NCBI GenBank assembly: GCA_018814445.1
Contig: JAHIZV010000218.1
Span: 2,285 to 66,284, forward strand
Length of the DNA stretch: 64,000 bases
Direction: 5' to 3'
Source of the DNA: Verrucomicrobiota bacterium
Lineage (GTDB): Bacteria > Verrucomicrobiota > Kiritimatiellia > JAHIZV01
Within the stretch, counting starts at the first letter, position 1. The number at the start of each line of letters is the position of its first letter. A program made the position numbers and the translations under genes. Positions 9,759 through 19,509 of the stretch are shown here, piece by piece. Below the pieces are notes generated by a model. It made no database searches. It was not told the origin of the DNA and saw only the letters and a program-made list of their open reading frames with translations.

Positions 9759-10262
9759 CTACCAATTGACGGCGAGCGCCTGAACGCCGCTTCGATCGTT
9801 CAGTGAGGCCAGAATCTCCCGGGCAGACCTGCTGGACCCCGGAATGATGAGGTCGGGGCGTATTTCGGCCAGGGGCTCAACAACAAACCTTCTCTCCGCC
9901 CACCTGGGATGAGGAACCGTGAGTCCACCGCTGTCGATGCACTCATTCCCCGCGTAGAGAATATCAATGTCGATCGGTCGCGGCGCGTATCTGTCTTCAC
10001 CGCGTTCACGACCCAGATCCGCTTCGATTCCGGAAAGCAAATAAAGCAGCGGACCCGCCGCTGTCTCACTTTCAATAATGACCACGGCGTTCAGGAAAGA
10101 CATGTGCATGTACTCTTCCTTCACACCGACTGGAGCCGTTTCGTAAAGTGACGACTGCGCGACGAGGCGGACACCTTCGAGCGACGCAATCGCATCCCTG
10201 GCGGTCGACATATTCGCCGCCCGGTCGCCGATGTTTGAACCGAGGCTGAGACCGATCTCCAT
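9759..10262 (-). CDS. folK: 2-amino-4-hydroxy-6-hydroxymethyldihydropteridine pyrophosphokinase (HPPK). The ORF-track N-terminal extension was rejected.
   Basis: HPPK motifs 'LGSNIGDRAANM', 'APRPIDIDILY', 'TVPHPRWAERRFVVEPL'. The start codon overlaps the dapB stop as TAATG at 10260-10264. The 43 residues upstream in the track ORF are an Arg-rich, non-conserved extension. Confidence 0.85.
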   Translation of the reverse strand: MEIGLSLGSNIGDRAANMSTARDAIASLEGVRLVAQSSLYETAPVGVKEEYMHMSFLNAVVIIESETAAGPLLYLLSGIEADLGRERGEDRYAPRPIDIDILYAGNECIDSGGLTVPHPRWAERRFVVEPLAEIRPDLIIPGSSRSAREILASLNDRSGVQALAVNW

Positions 10263-11080
10263 TAGTCCAGCCCGAGGACGTCGAGCATGGAATACAGCCC
10301 GGCTTCGCGGCCCGCGATCCATGCCGCGGCCTGTAGTGCGCCGACGGCAAATGCGTCTCTGCTCGTTGCCCTGTGCGAGAGTTCCACACACTCGCCGTCC
10401 GCCGCGAATATAACAGTGTGATCGCCGACGATGTCTCCGCCGCGAACCGCGTGGAACCCGATCTGCTCAAGCGGCCGATCATCCGGGCTGAGACCCGCGC
10501 GTCCGTGCTGAGCCACCTGCTTCAAATCCCAGTTCAGGCCTTCAGCTACTGCTTCCCCCAAACCAAGGGCCGTCCCGCTCGGCGCGTCTTTCTTGCGACG
10601 GTGGTGACGCTCGACGATCTCCACGTCATACCCCTTCCCCTTCAAGGCCGAGGCCGCGCGCTTAGCTAACGAAAGAAGCAGGTTCACTCCCAGGCTCATA
10701 TTCGGAGCCATCACTACGGGAATTCGCTTCGAGGCCTCCTGAATCATCGCCTTCTCATCGTCGGAGAATCCTGTCGTCCCGACAACCACCGCCTTTCCCC
10801 ACTCGGCGGCCCGGCGCGCGTTTTCCGCACATCCCGTGTGAAAACTGAAATCAATCAAGACATCAGCGTCTTCAGCAACCGCGGCAAGATCGCTTGTTAT
10901 GGCAACTCCCATTTCGCCGACCCCACTCGCGACGCCAACGTCCTTGCTCAGACCGGGCGCGTCCCACACGTCGATCGCGCCCGCGAGTTCAATCCCTTCG
11001 ACCGCACCATTGTGAATGCACCGCGCCAGCGCGCCGCCCATGCGGCCGGAGGCGCCAACTATTACGACTTTCGTACTCAT
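10262..11080 (-). CDS. dapB: 4-hydroxy-tetrahydrodipicolinate reductase
   Basis: N-terminal Rossmann 'KVVIVGASGRMGGAL'. 'EIVERHHRRKKDAPSGTAL' (E-H-H-x-x-K-x-D-A-P-S-G-T-A) DapB signature. Confidence 0.9.
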   Translation of the reverse strand: MSTKVVIVGASGRMGGALARCIHNGAVEGIELAGAIDVWDAPGLSKDVGVASGVGEMGVAITSDLAAVAEDADVLIDFSFHTGCAENARRAAEWGKAVVVGTTGFSDDEKAMIQEASKRIPVVMAPNMSLGVNLLLSLAKRAASALKGKGYDVEIVERHHRRKKDAPSGTALGLGEAVAEGLNWDLKQVAQHGRAGLSPDDRPLEQIGFHAVRGGDIVGDHTVIFAADGECVELSHRATSRDAFAVGALQAAAWIAGREAGLYSMLDVLGLD

Positions 11081-11183
11081 AGGATCGGTCCTCGCTTGTA
11101 ATGCTCCTAAAGTGGTTTAACGGAATGGGCGATTGGGTGAATGGGAGATCTCCCACTCGCCCTTTCTCTCTTTCCCTCACTCC

Positions 11184-12050
11184 TCAGAGAATGCCGAGTT
11201 CGACGAGGCATTCTCTGAGTCTCTGCTTCTTCCCTTCCGTCATTTCGCAAAGCGGAAGACGATAATTCTCCTCAATCCGCCCCATCATCGCCAGCGCAGC
11301 CTTTACGGGGATCGGGTTCGTATCGAGAAAGAGAACGCTGAACAACCGATGCAGGCGGGCATGTGATGCGCGCGCATCATCCCATCTGCCGCCCAGAGCG
11401 GCATGAACCATGTCCGACACGGCCCGCGGCGCGACGTTTGTCGCCACGCTGATCACGCCGACACCGCCGACACACATCATCGGCAGCGTGAGCGAGTCAT
11501 CGCCGGAAAGCACTTCGATATCACAGCATCTCCTGTGGTGACTCACACGATCCACATCGCCGGCAGCTTCTTTCACCGCGACAATGCTTGGGTGCTTTGC
11601 CAGTTCAACGATCGTCTCAAGCGCGATCTCCCGTCCCGTGCGCCCCGGAATATTGTAGAGCACTACCGGCAGACCGATGTCCGCTACCGCTGTGAAATGG
11701 CGAATCAGCCCTTCCTGACTCGGCTTGTTGTAATACGGCGTAACCTGGAGCGAGCCGTCCGCGCCGACTTCCTTGGCATGCTCAGTCAACTGAATAGCCT
11801 CCCCGGTGGAGTTGCCGCCCGTGCCCGCTATGACCTTCACGCGGCCCGCAACAGCCTCGACAGTCACCTCAATCACCTTGTTGTGCTCCTCGTAATCGAG
11901 TGTCGGTGATTCGCCCGTCGTACCGACGGGAACGATGCCGTCCACCCCGTTCGCGATCTGAAACTCGATCAGATCGCGAAAACGGTCGTAGTCTACCCCC
12001 CCGCCCGAGTTGAACGGCGTGACTATCGCTGTATGTGCACCTTCAAACAT
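11184..12050 (-). CDS. dapA: 4-hydroxy-tetrahydrodipicolinate synthase
   Basis: 'TAIVTPFNSGGGVDYDRFRDLIEFQIANGVDGIVPVGTTGESPTL' DapA family. Start chosen at the second ATG (MFEGAHTAIVTPF), which is preceded by GGGAG 7 nt upstream. Confidence 0.9.
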   Translation of the reverse strand: MFEGAHTAIVTPFNSGGGVDYDRFRDLIEFQIANGVDGIVPVGTTGESPTLDYEEHNKVIEVTVEAVAGRVKVIAGTGGNSTGEAIQLTEHAKEVGADGSLQVTPYYNKPSQEGLIRHFTAVADIGLPVVLYNIPGRTGREIALETIVELAKHPSIVAVKEAAGDVDRVSHHRRCCDIEVLSGDDSLTLPMMCVGGVGVISVATNVAPRAVSDMVHAALGGRWDDARASHARLHRLFSVLFLDTNPIPVKAALAMMGRIEENYRLPLCEMTEGKKQRLRECLVELGIL

Positions 12051-12149
12051 CTGTCTACTCCCAAACATCTAGGCTGAGGCTTCGGGCCAAACACGTTAAA
12101 GAGTGAATGCAAACCCGCCGCGTTGTCCACGATAGCCTCCAGCCATTTA

Positions 12150-12830
12150 TTAGCGAATCCGTCTTCTTCGCAGTGCCAGCATCCCGCAACCGACAATCAA
12201 CAAACCCAACACCGACGGTTCCGGGATGATTGTCAGCCTCAGGTCCACACCGTCCGCAGGATTGTCCGGGTTTGTCGGACCAAAGATCTGTTCCTCACGA
12301 GGCGTGATCAGATCGAGGGTGGATACGGTGCCACCGATGGCAAACTGGCCACCTAGTCCTGCATTGATATTCTGAATCGCCTGGGCGTTTAGGGTAATGC
12401 TCAGCATGGTCCCGTTATCGGCGGAGGACACACTGATATCGCCGTATGCGTTTCCCGACTGCATGTCCGTAAAACCCGCGACCCCGGCGCTTCCGTCCCG
12501 GATGGCAGGGATGCTTCCCGTGATGTCATATACCGTGAACGTCTCTGAGGGATCGGCGCTAAGGTACCAATTGCTTTCAATCCAAAACTCCGCGCTTATG
12601 ACCTGCGCACTCAGACCAGAGAGATCAAAGACGAAGAAGTTGTTGGAAATGAAATCGTGGCCAGACGATGAGCCTCCAATAATGTAATTATGATAGTTTG
12701 GATCATGGTTTCCGGTTGCCGAATAAGTACCCCGGTCAATCGGGTTGAGGATGATATCTGCGTGACAGACCCCCACGAGCATCAACAGGCCGACAATGAA
12801 CCGACTAGTTCTTTGAGATAATGAGTACAC
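12150..12830 (-). CDS. PEP-CTERM sorting-domain secreted protein
   Basis: N-terminal signal peptide. C-terminus 'IIPEPSVLGLLIVGCGMLALRRRRIR', i.e. PEP motif, TM helix and Arg-rich tail (exosortase substrate signature). Confidence 0.7.
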   Translation of the reverse strand: MYSLSQRTSRFIVGLLMLVGVCHADIILNPIDRGTYSATGNHDPNYHNYIIGGSSSGHDFISNNFFVFDLSGLSAQVISAEFWIESNWYLSADPSETFTVYDITGSIPAIRDGSAGVAGFTDMQSGNAYGDISVSSADNGTMLSITLNAQAIQNINAGLGGQFAIGGTVSTLDLITPREEQIFGPTNPDNPADGVDLRLTIIPEPSVLGLLIVGCGMLALRRRRIR

Positions 12831-15474
12831 TGTATTCTCCCAGTTTGAAGGTTCCGGTGTAAGGAAGGCCGTCTTTGGTTTGCAGGACGGGCGTAACGGT
12901 GTCGTTCAAGTCGCCGGGATTGGTCCCTGACGGCGGGTCGCTCACAAAACGGATCGTCCAGGTTCCGCCCGAGGGCATGCCGATGTCGTACGCTGTCCAG
13001 CTATTCCCGCTGAAGTTCGCCAGCACAATCACATCATCGTCGGCCCCTCCCGCATCATAACGATGGAACGCAATCACATTTCCAGACGCAGCATCGTTGA
13101 CATGATGCACGTCGATATGCTCGCCCATCAGGCCCTGTGTGGTCCCGTACTCATTCCGGCGCAGCATCACCATCGCGCTGGTGTCGTCCACCACCTTGGA
13201 TAGCGTATTGGTCTTGCTCCACTCCAGCGCCCGGCTTTCTGTCCAGCCGCCGGAACCGCTGCCTGGTACGCCATCGTCCGCGAATTCATCGCCCATATAC
13301 AACAGAGGAATGCCCGGTGCGGTCAGCACCATTGCGTTGCCCAAAATGCAACGCAGTTGTGTTTCCGTGGACGTGGTGCTGATGTTGTTATTACTGGCAA
13401 TCTGCGTGGCGATGCGCAGCTTACTGTTCAGTTCATTGATCTCGTCATGGGACGTGATGTAGTTCACTCTATTGAAGGCATCATCGCCGATCACCCGTTC
13501 CAGATCCTCCTGCACTTTGGCTATCCACGGGTCGGTATCAATCACCACCGCGTTCTTGATTTCCTCCAGATTGTCCCACTGCGAATCGAAGCCAGCCCCG
13601 CCTAGAGCATTATGGCTGGTGTTATTGATGTCCTCCGTTATTGCGGTCATATCATTGGTATGAGCGCTGTTATTGGGGTCGGCCAAATCCTCCGCCATGC
13701 TCAGAGAGTTGGGATGCAGGGCATGCAGGCTTTCGTTAATGTCCTGCATCATCATCCACCCCTCCGGAATGTCATATTGTGAACGTAGCAGGCCTAAGTC
13801 CCAGTCCTTGTTTCTAATCACCTTGGTGGCATCCCAGCGCAGCCCATCGCCGTGGTAGTCCCGTACCCACATCTGAGCGTTTTGCACGATGAAGTTCCGC
13901 ACACCGTTGGTGGAATAGTCAGGTCGCGGCCCCCATAGGGTCCAGTACCGTCGCTGGTCTGCATTCTCATAGTAGTACAATCCTCCGGGGTCTCCGGTAA
14001 CGCCGGTGCTGTCCCAGCCCCACACGCCGCCGGGAGTCTGATTGAAAGTGCCGGGCGTGCTTGATCCGTCGTGCCAATGATTGATTACGAAGTCAAAGTA
14101 GACCGCCAGCCCCAGTGAGTGGGCGATGTCCACAAAGGACTTGAGGGCATCCACATCCCCGTACTGCTCCTCAATCCGGTAAGGATGTTCCAGATTATAG
14201 CCCCACGACCATGTGCCCTGATAATCATTGACCGGCAACAACTCTACCGCCGTGAAACCCAGGTCCGCGATGTAGGACAGCTTGGCTTCTGCCTGCGCAA
14301 AGGTGCCCGGCGTGCTGTTGCTGACACTCAGCCCGCCGATATGCAGTTGATAGATGATCGTCTCGTTCTTTGCCGGAGGGACGAAGTCATCATCCGTCCA
14401 CTCATAGGCATATGGATTCACATAGACCGAATCGCTGCCTCCTGAATCCAGCTTGCGGGAGGTGGGATCGGCAATCCACGTTGATCCATCGATGTAGAAC
14501 TTGTACTCCGCGCCGTTTGTCACGGTCTGCGACACCTGCACCGACCAGTAGCCGTTGGTGCCTTCGGAAGTCATGGCTGTCTCAGCCCAGCTGTTGAAGG
14601 TTCCGCGAACGGACACGCTGCTCGCATGCGGCGCCCACAGGCGGAAGTTGCCATTGTGCCCGTTGACGTGTACCGCGTAGTTTGCGGGCGTTTCGTTCAG
14701 CAGTTCCTGGTCGTCCGTAGTACCGTCACCATCAGTGTCGGCTTTGAGCGGGTCCGTACCGACGCATCGTTCCAGCCAATCGGGCACACCTTCGTCGTCA
14801 CTGTCGAGTGCTCCCGCGATATTGGCCCGGCAATGCCGGAAACTCTCCAGCGTTATGCTGTTCGTGACAATCTCGCCGGTCCCGGTGGTCGCGCCAGCCA
14901 CCGTCCAGCTGGGAAGCCCCAGACCCATCGCCGTTTGCAACTCGTAATCTCGCAGGGCTTCGGTGGAGTAGGAAACAAGAGCATTCGTGACTTGAAGCTT
15001 GAAATCGACAATGGAGAAGAAGTCGTTTTCATCGTCCGGGTCTGTACCCGCGAGCACTTCATCCTGATTGCTTACTCCGTCCCCGTCGTCATCTGTTGTC
15101 GCGGCGTTGGTGCTGTTGCCGCAATGGGTCGCCCAGATTTGATAAAGCTGCAAAGCGGTCAGGCCACTACTCAAGGGCGCAGAGGGCGGGGAACCGCCTT
15201 GACCCGAAGGCGAAGGCGCGACGGAAGCCGCGGCAGCGGTCGATGTCGCGGCGACCGGTCCGGTGGACTGTTCGGCGGTGAGCCATTCCTCATAGGAGGG
15301 AATCTCTATCTCGGGCATATCCGCTTCGCGCTGAATTTCGTTGAAGTGCTCGATGGATGCTATGTGCGCTTTGTACTCCGCAGTCCGGTCTTGTGCATGC
15401 ACAACAGTCACGCTCGTGAATACCGTAACGGCCAGAACCAACCTTGCGACACTGGCAATCATCTTTGTCTGCAT
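12805..15474 (-). CDS. Secreted GH13-family alpha-glucan-active enzyme (branching/debranching-like) with N-terminal TSP3-like Ca-binding repeats and a CBM48/E-set-like domain
   Basis: Signal peptide 'MQTKMIASVARLVLAVTVFTSVTVVHAQ' after an RBS GGGAG. 'DDDGDGVSNQDEVLAGTDPDDEND' and 'DTDGDGTTDDQEL' repeats. 'FRLWAPHASSVSVRGTFNSW' (E-set). Catalytic-region motifs 'GFTAVELLPV', 'GLRWDATKVI', 'YITSHDE'. Confidence 0.8.
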   Translation of the reverse strand: MQTKMIASVARLVLAVTVFTSVTVVHAQDRTAEYKAHIASIEHFNEIQREADMPEIEIPSYEEWLTAEQSTGPVAATSTAAAASVAPSPSGQGGSPPSAPLSSGLTALQLYQIWATHCGNSTNAATTDDDGDGVSNQDEVLAGTDPDDENDFFSIVDFKLQVTNALVSYSTEALRDYELQTAMGLGLPSWTVAGATTGTGEIVTNSITLESFRHCRANIAGALDSDDEGVPDWLERCVGTDPLKADTDGDGTTDDQELLNETPANYAVHVNGHNGNFRLWAPHASSVSVRGTFNSWAETAMTSEGTNGYWSVQVSQTVTNGAEYKFYIDGSTWIADPTSRKLDSGGSDSVYVNPYAYEWTDDDFVPPAKNETIIYQLHIGGLSVSNSTPGTFAQAEAKLSYIADLGFTAVELLPVNDYQGTWSWGYNLEHPYRIEEQYGDVDALKSFVDIAHSLGLAVYFDFVINHWHDGSSTPGTFNQTPGGVWGWDSTGVTGDPGGLYYYENADQRRYWTLWGPRPDYSTNGVRNFIVQNAQMWVRDYHGDGLRWDATKVIRNKDWDLGLLRSQYDIPEGWMMMQDINESLHALHPNSLSMAEDLADPNNSAHTNDMTAITEDINNTSHNALGGAGFDSQWDNLEEIKNAVVIDTDPWIAKVQEDLERVIGDDAFNRVNYITSHDEINELNSKLRIATQIASNNNISTTSTETQLRCILGNAMVLTAPGIPLLYMGDEFADDGVPGSGSGGWTESRALEWSKTNTLSKVVDDTSAMVMLRRNEYGTTQGLMGEHIDVHHVNDAASGNVIAFHRYDAGGADDDVIVLANFSGNSWTAYDIGMPSGGTWTIRFVSDPPSGTNPGDLNDTVTPVLQTKDGLPYTGTFKLGEYSVLIISKN

Positions 15475-15653
15475 TGCCATCTCCCTTTGCGCTAACGATA
15501 CACCCATGACCGCTACAAGTGCATTCACTTCTTCTCTTCCTCTAATATTTATTTCCAAGCATTGGAAGTCTGTTGAACACGCAACGCTCAACGAGCAATC
15601 TTCAATTGTGCGTTGATTGTTGACGATTGCATGTTCTGAGTTTTCTCCCCGAT

Positions 15654-16904
15654 CTACCACTCGGGAATGTTCTCGCCTCTCACGAGGTCGTCACGTGATT
15701 CGCGCTCCCGGACTGCCTGATGCCGATCGCCCGACACCATCACTTCCGCCGCGCGCGGACGGCTGTTGTAGTTTGACGACATTGCAAATGCATACGCGCC
15801 GGCACTGCATACGGCCAGAAGGTCGCCCTCCGACGCAGTCGGCAGGTCTCGATCACGCGCCATGAAATCGCCCGACTCGCAAATCGGCCCGACCACGTCT
15901 CCAAAAAAGGTCTCCGACGTCTCCGTCACCGGAAGGATCTCATGATAGGCCTCGTACAATGGCGGACGAAGCAGATCGTTCATAGCGGCGTCCACAATCA
16001 GGAAGCGCTTGAACGCGTTGTCCTTCACATACTGTACGCGCGTCACCAGGATGCCCGAGTTCCCGGCAATGAAGCGTCCGGGTTCCATCACCACTTGAAG
16101 CCCCATCTCCTTCAGGTGCGGAAGAACCGCATCGGCAAACTGAGCCGGGGTGAAGGGCTCGTCGCTCTCGCGGTACTTGATGCCCAATCCGCCGCCGATA
16201 TCGATGTATCGGAACGTGGCATGCTTCGCCTTCATCTCAAGGCAGAAGTCCTTCACCTTTTCCAGGGCCTCGACATAAGGCGACACGTCCATGAGCGGCG
16301 AACCGAGATGCATATGAATACCGACCATGTCGACAGCAGGCAATGCGGCCGCCCTCTCACATGCGGCTCGCGCCCGCGACAGATCGACACCGAACTTGTT
16401 CTCCTTTTTTCCGGTGCTCGTATACTTGTGCGTCTTCGGATCCACATCTGGATTCACTCGAACCGCAATCCGCCCTTTCAGACCAAGCTCCACCGCGCAC
16501 TCGTTGATGCGCTCCACTTCCGGCTCGGACTCCACCGTGAAGAACAGAATATCCTCTTCAAGCGCGTACCTGATTTCATCCCTCGTCTTCCCGACTCCCG
16601 CGAATGCGATTTTCGACGCCGGAATCCCCGCTCGCAAAGCCCGGAACAGTTCACCGCCCGACACCACATCCGCTCCAGAACCGAGCCCGGCGAGTGTGTT
16701 GATTACCGCTGCGCATGTATTGGACTTCACGGAGAAGCATACGACCGGCTCGACGTCCGCCATGGCCGCGACCAGCGTGTTATACTGCTCTATCAGATGA
16801 GTCCGGCTGTAAACGTACAGAGGCGTTCCGTATTCCTCCGCCAGATCAGCGACAGAAACATCTTCGGCGAACAACTGCCCGTTACGATATTGAAAAGAAT
16901 CCAT
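15654..16904 (-). CDS. lysA: Diaminopimelate decarboxylase
   Basis: PLP fold-III decarboxylase motifs 'CFSVKSN', 'YIDIGGGLGIKY', 'EPGRFIAG', 'CESGD'; ~416 aa. Confidence 0.9.
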   Translation of the reverse strand: MDSFQYRNGQLFAEDVSVADLAEEYGTPLYVYSRTHLIEQYNTLVAAMADVEPVVCFSVKSNTCAAVINTLAGLGSGADVVSGGELFRALRAGIPASKIAFAGVGKTRDEIRYALEEDILFFTVESEPEVERINECAVELGLKGRIAVRVNPDVDPKTHKYTSTGKKENKFGVDLSRARAACERAAALPAVDMVGIHMHLGSPLMDVSPYVEALEKVKDFCLEMKAKHATFRYIDIGGGLGIKYRESDEPFTPAQFADAVLPHLKEMGLQVVMEPGRFIAGNSGILVTRVQYVKDNAFKRFLIVDAAMNDLLRPPLYEAYHEILPVTETSETFFGDVVGPICESGDFMARDRDLPTASEGDLLAVCSAGAYAFAMSSNYNSRPRAAEVMVSGDRHQAVRERESRDDLVRGENIPEW

Positions 16905-16994
16905 ATTGACCCGCTAATGAACGCTAATGTCAGAGCTTGAACACGTCAACGCGCCTCGTCCAGAACTAACCTTTCCCATTCCAGTTTCGGCGGT

Positions 16995-18185
16995 TCATTT
17001 CTTCTGCGCTCGCGCCCGGACGCGCAAACGCAACGCGTTCAGCTTGATGAACCCCGTCGCGTCCGCCTGGTTGTAAACTTGCTCCGTTTCGAAAGTCGCC
17101 AACTCCGGATCATAGAGCGACTGAGGCGACTTTCTGCCCACGAGAATGCAGTTGCCCTTATACAGTTTGACGCGCGCCGTGCCCGTGACGCAGGACGCGG
17201 CCTCGTCCATGGCGGCCTGCAGCATCTCCCGCTCCGGCGCATACCAGTAGCCGTTGTAGACGAGGTCGGCGTACTTCGACACGAGACTGTCCCGCAGATG
17301 AAGCGTTTCCCGGTCCATCGCAATCTGTTCAACACCTTCCCGCGCCCGATGCAGAATCGTTCCGCCCGGCGTCTCGTAGACACCACGGCTCTTCATGCCG
17401 ACATAACGGTTCTCCAACACATCGATCCTGCCTACGCCGTGCTTTCCGCCCAGCTTGTTAAGCACCTGCATCACGCCCAGCGGCGATAACTTCTTGCCAT
17501 TGACGGCTACAGCATCGCCCGCTTTGAAATCAATCTCCACATACTCCGGTTCGTCAGGAGCGTTGCCCGGACTGACCGACAGCCGGAAGATATCCTCGGG
17601 CGGCTCAGCCCACGGATCCTCCAGTATCCCGCCCTCGTAGCTGATATGCAGGAGGTTCCGGTCCATGCTGTACGGCTTCTCAACCGTCACCGGCACCGGA
17701 ATGTCATACTTCTTCGCGTAGTTGATGCAATCCGTCCGGGACTTGAGATCCCACTCCCGCCAGGGCGCGATAATCTTGATATCGGGCTCAAGCGCGTACG
17801 CGGTCACTTCAAAGCGGACTTGGTCATTCCCCTTGCCGGTTGCTCCGTGACTTATGGCGTCCGCGCCGTTTTCACGCGCGATCTCAATCATACGCTTCGC
17901 GATCAGCGGGCGCGCGATCGACGTACCCAGCAGGTAACCCGACTCGTACACCGCCCCGGCCCGAATCATCGGAAAGACAAAGTCCGTCGCAAACTCTTCC
18001 CGCAAATCGTCGATGTAAACCTTGGAAGCGCCCGTGCTCTTAGCCTTCGCCTCAAGCCCGTCGAGCTCCTCTTCCTGCCCTATGTCCGCAGCAAACGCTA
18101 TGACTTCAGCATCATACTTCTCAATGAGCCACCGCATGATCACCGAGGTGTCCAAACCGCCCGAATATGCCAGTACTACCTTCAT
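16995..18185 (-). CDS. argG: Argininosuccinate synthase
   Basis: '[15 protein letters not shown]' PP-loop and ~400 aa ArgG family. ATG start preceded by AGGAGG. The GTG two codons upstream is an alternative start. Confidence 0.9.
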   Translation of the reverse strand: MKVVLAYSGGLDTSVIMRWLIEKYDAEVIAFAADIGQEEELDGLEAKAKSTGASKVYIDDLREEFATDFVFPMIRAGAVYESGYLLGTSIARPLIAKRMIEIARENGADAISHGATGKGNDQVRFEVTAYALEPDIKIIAPWREWDLKSRTDCINYAKKYDIPVPVTVEKPYSMDRNLLHISYEGGILEDPWAEPPEDIFRLSVSPGNAPDEPEYVEIDFKAGDAVAVNGKKLSPLGVMQVLNKLGGKHGVGRIDVLENRYVGMKSRGVYETPGGTILHRAREGVEQIAMDRETLHLRDSLVSKYADLVYNGYWYAPEREMLQAAMDEAASCVTGTARVKLYKGNCILVGRKSPQSLYDPELATFETEQVYNQADATGFIKLNALRLRVRARAQKK

Positions 18186-18197
18186 CCGCACCTATCC

Positions 18198-18300
18198 TCC
18201 TAATCGTAATCCTAATCGTGATCCTAATCGTGATCCTAATCGTAATCCTGATCCTGCATCTGGAATCCAGCATCCGCTATCCCGAATCAGGCATCCGGTA
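18198..18300. repeat. Intergenic tandem repeat: 12-mer 'ATCCTAATCGT(A/G)' x4 followed by a run of degenerate 7-nt units built on ATCC/ATC (ATCCTG, ATCCTG, CATCTGGA, ATCCAGC, ATCCGCT, ATCCCGA, ATCAGGC, ATCCGGT, ATC)
   Basis: Read directly from the sequence between argD and argG. Related to the repeats at ~20395-20470 and ~21680-21746. Coordinates +/-2 nt. Confidence 0.8.
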
Positions 18301-19492
18301 TCTTTCGATATTCCTCACATGCCTCTTCAATAATCTTCAAGGCCTTCTTAACTTCAGATTTTTTCACATTCAAAGGGGGCAGCATTCGTATGACATTGCC
18401 CGCCGTCGCAAGTGTAATGAGCCGCTTACTCATCAGCAACTTCTCAAAGTCTTTCGCCGGTTGATTAAGAACAAGCCCGATCATCAGGCCGATGCCCCGT
18501 ACCCGCTCCAGAAACTCATACTTCTCAACCAGCTTTCCGAGCTTTTTCATCATCAGCCGGCTCATCGCACATGCGTGTTCGAGGAGGTCTTCCTCATCGA
18601 TGGTATTCAGAACGGCAAGCGCCGCTGAACAGGCCAGCGGTGTTCCACCGAATGTCGTTGCATGATGACCCGGCTGAAACACTTCTGCCAGCTTCGGCGC
18701 GGTAACCACCGCGCCTATCGGGAACCCGCCGCCAAGCCCCTTCGCCAATGAAATCGCGTCCGGCGTGATCTCAAAGTTCTGATATCCAAACCATTTTCCC
18801 GTCCGTCCGACTCCGCACTGGACTTCGTCGCAGAGCAGCAGAATGCCTTTTTCATCACACAATGCCCTCAGGCCCCGGATGTATTCCGGATCTGCGGGAA
18901 CCACGCCGCCTTCGCCTTGAACAACCTCGACAAGCACGGCCGCGGTCTTCTCATCAATCGCGTTCCTGCACGCTTCAAGGTCGTTGTAGGGTACGCATTT
19001 GAATCCCTCCGGCAGAGGCTCAAAGCCTTTCTGCACTTTGTCCTGCCCCGTCGCCGTCAACGTCGCGAGCGTCCTGCCGTGAAAAGAATTCTTCATCGTG
19101 ATGACTTCGTACCGGCCCTGCGATTTACCCCAGAGCCTGGCCAGTTTGATCAGCGCCTCATTGGCTTCCGCCCCCGAGTTGCAGAAGAAACACTTTCCGC
19201 CGAGTGATATCTGCGACAGCTTCTCGGCAAGAGCCGGTTGTTTCTCGTTGAAGTAGAGATTCGACACATGCATGAGTTTCTTCGCCTGCCTGGCGATGGC
19301 CTTGGACAGATTCGGATGGCAATGCCCGATATTCACCACGGCGAGACCGGCGAGAAAATCGAGGTACTCGTTGTCTTCGGCATCCCAAACCCGCGTTCCC
19401 CTGCCCTTAACCAGCGCCAGTCCCGGCGCGTAAGTCGGCATTACGTATTTCTGGTGCTTCTCTTTTATTTCTTCCGTGTTCATTTCTCTCAC
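18287..19492 (-). CDS. argD: Acetylornithine aminotransferase (class III PLP aminotransferase)
   Basis: 'YLDFLAGLAVVNIGHCHPNL', 'ALCDEKGILLLCDEVQCGVGRTGKWF' and a PLP-Lys region. Sits inside the arg cluster. Confidence 0.9.
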   Translation of the reverse strand: MREMNTEEIKEKHQKYVMPTYAPGLALVKGRGTRVWDAEDNEYLDFLAGLAVVNIGHCHPNLSKAIARQAKKLMHVSNLYFNEKQPALAEKLSQISLGGKCFFCNSGAEANEALIKLARLWGKSQGRYEVITMKNSFHGRTLATLTATGQDKVQKGFEPLPEGFKCVPYNDLEACRNAIDEKTAAVLVEVVQGEGGVVPADPEYIRGLRALCDEKGILLLCDEVQCGVGRTGKWFGYQNFEITPDAISLAKGLGGGFPIGAVVTAPKLAEVFQPGHHATTFGGTPLACSAALAVLNTIDEEDLLEHACAMSRLMMKKLGKLVEKYEFLERVRGIGLMIGLVLNQPAKDFEKLLMSKRLITLATAGNVIRMLPPLNVKKSEVKKALKIIEEACEEYRKIPDA

Positions 19493-19509
19493 CGCTCTCT
19501 GTTCCGCAT

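Noticed and set aside
9800-10391. Long N-terminal extension of folK, and overlapping ORFs 9800..10075, 10072..10482, 10231..10413
   Set aside because: They are Arg/Pro-rich translations of GC-rich DNA in alternative frames. The folK start with TAATG coupling to dapB explains the region.
18204-18251. Possible CRISPR array (four identical 12-mers)
   Set aside because: The units are directly tandem with no spacers and far too short. It is a simple tandem repeat, not a CRISPR.
18167-18628. ORF-track proteins translated from the tandem repeat region ('ILIVILIVILIV...' and the other frame 'NRNPNRDPNRD...')
   Set aside because: They are pure translations of the 12-mer and heptamer tandem repeats in the argD-argG intergenic region. 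They have no start context and no plausible protein character.
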